A DNA stretch of 64,000 bases from a virus. Shown piece after piece: positions 57,717 through 64,000 of this stretch (the stretch's first letter is position 1; each line of letters opens with the position of its first letter). Location of the stretch: positions 41,102-105,101 of the IMG/VR virus record IMGVR_UViG_3300037423_000600. One strand, 5' to 3'. The notes beneath the pieces are model-generated. The model made no database searches and was not told the origin of the DNA. It saw nothing but the letters and a program-made list of their open reading frames with translations. The position numbers and the translations under genes are program-made.

Positions 57717-58016
57717 ATGTTTGACCTAAAGAAAACGTGTAAGGATTGCCCCTTTGTTCTGGGCAGTAACACAAACATCACGTTGATTCCGGCCCGGATT
57801 CATCAGATCAAGACGGACCTCTTGCGCGGTAAGTCTTTCTCCTGTCACAAAACGGTCAATTACAGTGAAGGAGATAATAAAAGAGAACAGCATTGTGTTG
57901 GGGCTATGATGTGGCTTTATAATCAAGGTAGCCCAAATCAGATGATGCGTATAGCCGAAAGGCTCGGGGAGCTACGCGAAGAAAATCTATCTACGGACGG
58001 CGAAATTATTGATTGA
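57717..58016 (+). CDS. Zn-binding protein (DUF6283-like)
   Basis: C.DCPF, FSCHKT, HCVGA. Confidence 0.7.
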   Translation: MFDLKKTCKDCPFVLGSNTNITLIPARIHQIKTDLLRGKSFSCHKTVNYSEGDNKREQHCVGAMMWLYNQGSPNQMMRIAERLGELREENLSTDGEIID

Positions 58017-58028
58017 GGGTGATGCACT

Positions 58029-59141
58029 ATGGCGTTTGATGCACAGGAATACCTAGAATATTTCGGCTTTCAACGTATCAAGGACCATGATGAAGAAAAC
58101 ATCATGGCCTCTTGTTACAATTCCGGCAACCACTCCAACGATGACAAGAAGCGGTCCTTCGGGATGTTGAAGAAAGGGGCATGGCGGGACGGCAAGTTCG
58201 TTCCCGCCGGAACCTGTAACTGCTATGTCTGTGGCGGGTGGACTTTAGAAAACCTCACCGCCGAACTTCTCACCGAGCGGGAACGGCTGGCGGGCGGGAG
58301 CCACAAATTTAATGAGTACGAAGCTTTCCAGTTCCTCCAGCAAAAAGGCTGGCTCCCCGATGAAGAGGAGCTTGACGCGGCAAAGGTTCTGGAAAACATC
58401 AAGAAAGTGGATGAACCCAAAGTTGTTCAATCCCGAATCTTTCCGGAGGATATCCTACTCCCTTACTCCAATTCGCTCCACAAATTGGCACTCAAACGGG
58501 GCTTAAATCCTAATGCTATCTCGGTGGCTATGGCACGGGCTTGGGGCTTGGGGTATGACTCCTACACCCGGCGGATTATCATTCCGGTCCGTAACGAGAA
58601 GGGGGAACTCGTCGGGGTGACGAGCCGGGCGGTGGCGGAGGACGGATTTATCCGTTACGGTATCGGTACGGTACACCCCGATTGGTGGACGGCAATGGTG
58701 CAAAACACCCGGTACGATGGGGAGAAGATGCTCTACGTATTCGACAAAGGGCAGTACGTCTTTGGGGAACACTTATGGAACCCCGAGTTGGAAACGGTCT
58801 TGGTCATCGAGTCCCCTTTAGACGTTATCTACGCCCATGAAGTCGGACTCCACGAGCATATGAACATCGGGGCGGTATTCGGTTCTAAAGTCACCCGCGC
58901 CCAACTCCAAAAGCTGTGTCGCCATAAGTACGTGGTCGAAGGGCTGGACAACGACAAAGGCGGGGAGGAAGGCCGGGAGAAGTTTCATAAGGACATCATG
59001 GGCCGGGCGACCGCCTACAAGTTTGATTCCTACGGGAAAAAGGACTTGGGGGATTGTACTCCGGAGGAAGTCGCCGCCGCACCTACCCGGTTCGTGGCTA
59101 CCACCAAGACGATGTTTAATCATATCAAGGAGATGACGTAG
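58029..59141 (+). CDS. DNA primase (Zn finger + TOPRIM)
   Basis: C..H...CYVC, IIIPVRN..G.LVG, IESPLD, LDND.GG, KDLGD. Confidence 0.9.
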   Translation: MAFDAQEYLEYFGFQRIKDHDEENIMASCYNSGNHSNDDKKRSFGMLKKGAWRDGKFVPAGTCNCYVCGGWTLENLTAELLTERERLAGGSHKFNEYEAFQFLQQKGWLPDEEELDAAKVLENIKKVDEPKVVQSRIFPEDILLPYSNSLHKLALKRGLNPNAISVAMARAWGLGYDSYTRRIIIPVRNEKGELVGVTSRAVAEDGFIRYGIGTVHPDWWTAMVQNTRYDGEKMLYVFDKGQYVFGEHLWNPELETVLVIESPLDVIYAHEVGLHEHMNIGAVFGSKVTRAQLQKLCRHKYVVEGLDNDKGGEEGREKFHKDIMGRATAYKFDSYGKKDLGDCTPEEVAAAPTRFVATTKTMFNHIKEMT

Positions 59142-59142
59142 C

Positions 59143-59556
59143 ATGGCAAGTGATATGCTGATTATTTGCCCGAATGAGAACTGCGGCTTCCATAACGATA
59201 CCTTGGAGGCGTGGAGTGCCGAACACTCTACCTTCTTCGAGGTTTACGTCTGTGTCGCCTGCGGCCACGCCTTTAAGGATGACGAAGCAATATATGTCCG
59301 GCGGGACGGGAAAATCGAAGTCGAGTTCAACTGCCACAATGTCGGCGGGACAATCGGCTGGAAACACTTAACCGAGAAGCAACTGTACCAAATGGCTTTA
59401 GGGGACCGGGTGATGTTTGAAGGCATCGGGTACATGTTCACCATTACCCAATGCGTATACAATTCCCCGCATCCTAAAGGGATGGTGGAATTGGAACTCT
59501 TATTCAACCCGCCTCCGAAGCCGAAGTTTCTTATTACTCTGGATAGAAAGAAGTGA
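59143..59556 (+). CDS. Zn-ribbon hypothetical protein
   Basis: CP..NCG...CVACG. Confidence 0.65.
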   Translation: MASDMLIICPNENCGFHNDTLEAWSAEHSTFFEVYVCVACGHAFKDDEAIYVRRDGKIEVEFNCHNVGGTIGWKHLTEKQLYQMALGDRVMFEGIGYMFTITQCVYNSPHPKGMVELELLFNPPPKPKFLITLDRKK

Positions 59557-59562
59557 GTCCCA

Positions 59563-59835
59563 ATGGCTGATAAATTTGGAAATGAACAGTGTAGCTACAA
59601 TATTCTGATACCCGATGTCTCTTTAGTGGAGTTTAATAAGTTTCGAGATTGGCTGGACTGTCAGTCGTTTCATGGCGGTATCGGATGGGTCCTTTACCCG
59701 CAGGACCGGAAGAATGGAAAGTTCATTCTTACCGTGGACCACGGCTCATTCGGCGGAACATGGTGGCGCGAAGCCCTACCCGGCATTATCGAACTCTTCG
59801 GAGAGGAACGACTTATTTACGCAGTAGAGGAATGA
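59563..59835 (+). CDS. Hypothetical protein
   Basis: ORF packing. Confidence 0.6.
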   Translation: MADKFGNEQCSYNILIPDVSLVEFNKFRDWLDCQSFHGGIGWVLYPQDRKNGKFILTVDHGSFGGTWWREALPGIIELFGEERLIYAVEE

Positions 59836-59841
59836 TGCCCA

Positions 59842-60051
59842 ATGCTTAAGGCGAGGAAATCGCAAGGTAAGTGTGAAGTTTGCTGGCAATACTTCAAAAA
59901 GGACGCGGAGGAGATTGGTACAGATGCCGATCATCCTCGCGCCCGGATTCAATGGCACGGTAAGCAGTATCATAAAGGTTGTTGGGAAGGCCGCTATAAA
60001 GGGCGGAAGCTGGCCCAAACTAAGACTGCAAAAGGCAAGAAATCATTTTAA
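59842..60051 (+). CDS. Small basic Zn-binding protein
   Basis: CEVC...H..C. Confidence 0.55.
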   Translation: MLKARKSQGKCEVCWQYFKKDAEEIGTDADHPRARIQWHGKQYHKGCWEGRYKGRKLAQTKTAKGKKSF

Positions 60052-60062
60052 GGAGGAAACAA

Positions 60063-60356
60063 ATGGGCTACGATGAAATGATGGAGTACCTTAATTCAGA
60101 CCGTTACAGAAACAAAATTCCGTTTCCTAAGAGAACGGAACATTCGCCGGAGGAATTTAAGCGGCTGTATAAAGAGTATCAGACGGAAGGTGGTCGGCTG
60201 GAAGCCTTGTTTAGGCAGGACTTATTCGATACTTACGGTGTAAATGATAACCCGAAGAAAGACCTGTGCTTCACGAAGGCATGGAGCCGTGGTCATTCTT
60301 CCGGATACTATGAAGTCTTGACCATATGGGATGACTTGGTGGAGTTGATTCTATGA
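60063..60356 (+). CDS. Hypothetical protein
   Basis: RBS AAGGAGG; AW..GHSSGY.EV motif. Confidence 0.75.
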   Translation: MGYDEMMEYLNSDRYRNKIPFPKRTEHSPEEFKRLYKEYQTEGGRLEALFRQDLFDTYGVNDNPKKDLCFTKAWSRGHSSGYYEVLTIWDDLVELIL

Positions 60357-60787
60357 CGGCTAAAATTGTGAGTGTTAAAATATTTCCGCCCAAGAAGGCT
60401 ACGGTGGTAAAGGTACAGGATAAGCATATCGGGTGGGTCTGGAATAAAACGTTCATCGCCTTTAGGACTGAAGCCAAGCATATGTACCGGAATGGGATTG
60501 GGAAATACCAAGAAGCCCTCCGCCGGGAGGAAACCTATTGGGCTATTGACGCGGCGGCGGTGGAGCAGATGAATAAACTTGGAGTCCTTCACGTTATGAT
60601 TATCGGAAAGGACGAAGTTTATACAACGGCCTTAGTGAATTTCCTTACTCACGTCGATGCTAAAGTGCTGGACTTTCCGGACCAACGGAAGCAGTATGCT
60701 CTCCATTTCCGAGCCTTTGATAAAGAGGACCGGGGTTATGTGGATTGGCCCGGCTTAGAGGCGGCGGGAATTAAACCAACGAGATAG
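60353..60787 (+). CDS. Hypothetical protein
   Basis: ATGA overlap. Confidence 0.7.
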   Translation: MTAKIVSVKIFPPKKATVVKVQDKHIGWVWNKTFIAFRTEAKHMYRNGIGKYQEALRREETYWAIDAAAVEQMNKLGVLHVMIIGKDEVYTTALVNFLTHVDAKVLDFPDQRKQYALHFRAFDKEDRGYVDWPGLEAAGIKPTR

Positions 60788-60916
60788 GTGGTGTACATGA
60801 GTGGACGTTTATAAATTCGTTATCGGCTTTATAGCGGGTATATGTTTGACTGTCGTGTTTATCAAATTAACGGGATATAACTTTTTGTAACTAAATGAAT
60901 TGGCGGTGTACATGAA

Positions 60917-61105
60917 ATGAATCCATATAAGGACGCTACATTCAGCATGAATCATTACGACAAAGACGGCGACTTGGTAGAAGATTGCATAATGATTCAC
61001 ATTGGAAAAACGATTTTGCAATTCTCCACGTTGACAGAATTAGACGGTTTTATTAAGCGATTAGAAGTTATCTCTAAAGAAGTCAAACAAAATTACTGTA
61101 ACTAA
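60917..61105 (+). CDS. Hypothetical protein
   Basis: AT-rich segment; RBS GGCGGTG. Confidence 0.55.
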   Translation: MNPYKDATFSMNHYDKDGDLVEDCIMIHIGKTILQFSTLTELDGFIKRLEVISKEVKQNYCN

Positions 61106-61264
61106 ATGAATAGGTGGTGTACCTCATGCTGAGGATGTGGGGAACCAACGAGGACGGAACGCCGTGGCAGCTTTCGGTTAGATGCTGGCCCGACATGATC
61201 GATTTGTATTTGTTGGAATACTACTGGAAATATGACAAATGGGAGTACACATATTGAATAGGCG

Positions 61265-61447
61265 GTGTACATGGTGAAGTCGAAGGGCAACACGAAGATT
61301 ATTCTTCAGAAGGTTGAAGAAGTCCAAAACAGCATAGGGGCTGCTACGAGTTACATTGACACCAAAGATCAGCATAAAATACGTGCCGAACTGGAACGGG
61401 CGTTAAGGCTCTGCATCGAGATTCGTGATATGTACGATCCGATTTAA
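61265..61447 (+). CDS. Hypothetical protein
   Basis: RBS AGGCGGTG. Confidence 0.55.
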   Translation: MYMVKSKGNTKIILQKVEEVQNSIGAATSYIDTKDQHKIRAELERALRLCIEIRDMYDPI

Positions 61448-61561
61448 CATATTGAATAATAAGTTTCAAAACGTTTCTACAGGGAGGGACACTCGTTCCC
61501 TCCTTTTTGGTATCCTTCAATTAGGGCGGAAATTGGATTCATACTTCCGGCCAATGTGTGT

Positions 61562-61580
61562 TATAATACTTATATCAGGT
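61562..61580 (+). promoter_or_regulatory. Conserved phage promoter (lacks TCG element)
   Basis: TG-N-TATAAT-ACTTATATCAGGT. Confidence 0.8.
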
Positions 61581-61596
61581 CAAAGGCGGTGAGAGT

Positions 61597-61800
61597 GTGA
61601 AAAGAAAATGGGTGTGTGCCAAGATTCATGATGATGGACAGTTAGGTTTCCTCTCGGAGGCCAACGAATCCAGCAGTACTCCTTCCTTAGATAAAGCGAA
61701 GGTGTATGATTCCAGTTATCAAACGGCAGGAAAGAAAGACGGGTATAAAGCATTGGAAATTATTGTTGACGCAAATGGTAACAGATACATCCCATACTAA
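61597..61800 (+). CDS. Hypothetical protein
   Basis: RBS AAGGCGGTG. Confidence 0.6.
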   Translation: MKRKWVCAKIHDDGQLGFLSEANESSSTPSLDKAKVYDSSYQTAGKKDGYKALEIIVDANGNRYIPY

Positions 61801-61813
61801 AGGAGCGGAACAA

Positions 61814-62860
61814 ATGACATTGATTATTCCCGAAGTCCTTGAGCCGATGAAGGCCAAGGCAGATGACAAAGCGATTGAGGCGGCGTTTCTGGACCCCAAC
61901 TATATCGCGCAACGCAAGCTGGACGGCTGGCGGTACCGCCTGCAAAAGGACCACGAAGGCAAGGTATCGGTGCTGTCTTACGGGACGGCGGTGGTCAACA
62001 AAGTCGATACCGGAAAGCCTGTTGATAAGACGGAGCATGTTCCTCATTTGGTCCGCTGGGCTTTAGACAATCTCCCGAACTCTTCGTTGTTAGATGGGGA
62101 GATTATCACTCACCTGAACTGCGAGTCCCACGATGTCACTCGGTTCCTCGGCGGCTACCCAGAGCTTGCGATTTCCCGACAAAATGCGGAAGGTTGGCTA
62201 AAATTCGCTATCATCGACATTCCCTTTTTTGACGGCCAAGACCTGACGAACGTGAAATGGTACAAACGGCAGGCCCTTATTGAAAGGCTGTATGTTGAAG
62301 TTTTCTCCCGCGATGAGTTCATCCTATTCATCCCGCATGTAAGTTGCGGTCCGGATGAAGCGGCCATCCGGTACTATGAGGAAATCGTAGAATCCGGCGG
62401 CGAGGGTGTGATGTTGAAACACCGTGAGTCCACCTACATATGGGGCGGGCGGCCGAAGGAATGGCAGAAGGTCAAGAAGTATAAGACCTTCGACGTGGTG
62501 GTTTTAGGCTTCGAGCCTCCGGAAGTTGAATACAAAGGGAAGAACCCTGAGACTCACCCTTACAAGCAAATCATCGACGGCAAAGAAACCCTTGTTACCA
62601 AACGTCATTATCATGGGTGGCCGGGAAGTGTGATTTACGGACAGATGGTAGAGGGTGAACTCAAGAAGCTTGGAACTTTCTCCGGCATGAATGACCCTAC
62701 TCTTGAGGATATGAAGGTCAACCCGGGTAAGTACGTACTCAACGTAATTGAAGTCGGGTCCATGCGGCAGAACAAGAAGTCCGGGTCTTTAGTCCTCCCG
62801 CGCTTCAAGCAACTCCGGCCGGACAAGAAACCAGAACAATGCATATTAGGAGAGTGCTAA
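61814..62860 (+). CDS. ATP-dependent DNA ligase
   Basis: KLDGWR, LDGEI, EGVMLK, W.KVK, PRF...RPDK. Confidence 0.93.
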   Translation: MTLIIPEVLEPMKAKADDKAIEAAFLDPNYIAQRKLDGWRYRLQKDHEGKVSVLSYGTAVVNKVDTGKPVDKTEHVPHLVRWALDNLPNSSLLDGEIITHLNCESHDVTRFLGGYPELAISRQNAEGWLKFAIIDIPFFDGQDLTNVKWYKRQALIERLYVEVFSRDEFILFIPHVSCGPDEAAIRYYEEIVESGGEGVMLKHRESTYIWGGRPKEWQKVKKYKTFDVVVLGFEPPEVEYKGKNPETHPYKQIIDGKETLVTKRHYHGWPGSVIYGQMVEGELKKLGTFSGMNDPTLEDMKVNPGKYVLNVIEVGSMRQNKKSGSLVLPRFKQLRPDKKPEQCILGEC

Positions 62861-62863
62861 TCG

Positions 62864-63277
62864 ATGAAACCAGTATCCGAAATGACAATCTCAGAATTGG
62901 CCGCTGAACTGAAATCACTGGACCGGATTCACGGGGCTAAAGACCCGAACGGCCGGAAGAAAGAAATCCGGAAGGAACTAATTAAGCGGAGGGCTTTGGA
63001 GCAAGTAACCGGGCAATCCCGCGCCACCCTTCACCGGAACCCGGAAATTCGCCGGGAGTATCAAGAGTGCTGTGACGAAGGCTTCGACGTTGGGCCCATC
63101 ATCCTGACGGCCTTTGTTGACTTTAATTCGGACCCGGCTCCTAGTGCATCGGATGACGATTCCTACCGCCGCTCGGAACCTTCTCCATCTTACGAACCCT
63201 CCGGCGGCGGGGACAGCGGATGGGGAGGCAGTAACGACTCCGGTTCTTCTGACACAGGCTCCGGCTTTAGCGAGTAA
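62864..63277 (+). CDS. Hypothetical protein with S/G/D-rich tail
   Basis: RBS AGGAG. Confidence 0.65.
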   Translation: MKPVSEMTISELAAELKSLDRIHGAKDPNGRKKEIRKELIKRRALEQVTGQSRATLHRNPEIRREYQECCDEGFDVGPIILTAFVDFNSDPAPSASDDDSYRRSEPSPSYEPSGGGDSGWGGSNDSGSSDTGSGFSE

Positions 63278-63370
63278 TAAACGCGGGAGGACGTTTCAAA
63301 CTCCTCCCCCTCTCGTTCCATCGTCTCGGCTATACTTATAAGGTAACCCACTAAAGGAGGGCACCACATC

Positions 63371-63658
63371 ATGAATGAAGAACCACTTCCGGGTTTTACG
63401 CCCGGTATGCAAATGCTGGGTTCGGTGGAACTCAACGAGATTCAAGCAAGGCTTATCAACAAACACGCGCACACCATCCTCACAAATTCGCTGGCCCAAG
63501 CCGTCCACACGTTCAAGGTCATCTTCGACCGGGAACCGGACGAGCAGGATATGTTGGTCTTTAGCGGCTTGTGTGAATACGTGGTGGCCGGGAACAAGTT
63601 GGAAGGCAGGCCCGCGAATTGGAATGATGTTCTCCCTCAATTCCGGCCGAAGCAGTAA
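63371..63658 (+). CDS. Hypothetical protein
   Basis: RBS AAGGAGG; upstream CTCG-N15-TATACT promoter. Confidence 0.7.
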   Translation: MNEEPLPGFTPGMQMLGSVELNEIQARLINKHAHTILTNSLAQAVHTFKVIFDREPDEQDMLVFSGLCEYVVAGNKLEGRPANWNDVLPQFRPKQ

Positions 63659-63667
63659 GGAGGCATC

Positions 63668-64000
63668 ATGAAGATATCCACGCACTTAATTCTAGGTCCG
63701 GGCGAATGGGACAATACGCTTCTGGAGCAATACACCATTCCTAACCCGACCTATGTAAGTAATGAGCGGCGGGGATTCTCCAATCGGGGAGTTCCCCCGA
63801 CCATTAGACTGTACTCCATTCGGGGACAGGAATTATACCTCCCGCGTAATATGATGCCGGAAGAGTGGGGCCTTTATACGCCATATACTGACGGGCGGGC
63901 AGAAGGTCACAAGGTTAAGTTCCCGGACAACATCAAGTTGAAAGAGGACCAAATCCCGGCGGTGGCCGCGCTGACGGCGGTTAACGACGGAGTGCTTAAT
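63668..64000 (+). CDS. SF2 (DEAD/DEAH-like) helicase N-terminus (3'-truncated)
   Basis: RBS AAGGAGG; ...LPR...KLKEDQIPAVAAL...GVL resembles the Q-motif region; Walker A is outside the window. Confidence 0.6.
   Translation, partial: MKISTHLILGPGEWDNTLLEQYTIPNPTYVSNERRGFSNRGVPPTIRLYSIRGQELYLPRNMMPEEWGLYTPYTDGRAEGHKVKFPDNIKLKEDQIPAVAALTAVNDGVLN

Noticed and set aside
1-64000. Integrase/repressor, introns, inteins, diversity-generating retroelement
   Set aside because: No recombinase, reverse transcriptase, homing endonuclease or intein motifs seen; terminase, DnaB, primase and ligase look uninterrupted

Overview
A 64 kb segment of a contractile-tailed (myovirus-type) phage. Host-like SASP, QueD, PrkA, RNase H and SigA/SigK-type promoters point to a spore-forming Bacillota host (Bacillus/Paenibacillus/Brevibacillus-like; inferred). 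Almost all genes are on the + strand. Layout: terminase (5'-truncated), portal, scaffold, capsid and neck (1-10.5 kb); eCIS-like tail, baseplate, fibre and Ig-like protein (10.5-30.2 kb); an expanded lysis cassette (30.2-33.6 kb); an accessory region (33.6-41 kb); then early/replication genes (GHKL ATPase, DUF932-like, S1 protein, initiator, DnaC, RNase H, DnaB, primase, ligase, truncated SF2 helicase). The strongest unexplained signal is a putative sporulation-manipulation system. It comprises an alpha/beta SASP, a SpoIIIAC-like membrane protein and a SpoIIIE/FtsK ATPase in a cluster carrying twin SigK-type promoters, plus a stand-alone PrkA C-terminal fragment and a YaaL/DUF2508-like gene elsewhere. 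Next to the cluster is a tandem array of promoter-RNA-terminator cassettes. Other notable items: a duplicated palindrome/repeat/AT-rich element, a riboswitch-like leader before queD, a conserved phage promoter with a TCG upstream element, a -1 frameshift in the tail chaperone, and strong CTTTAG excess with GATC avoidance. All family assignments come from motif recognition and recalled sequences, not database searches.
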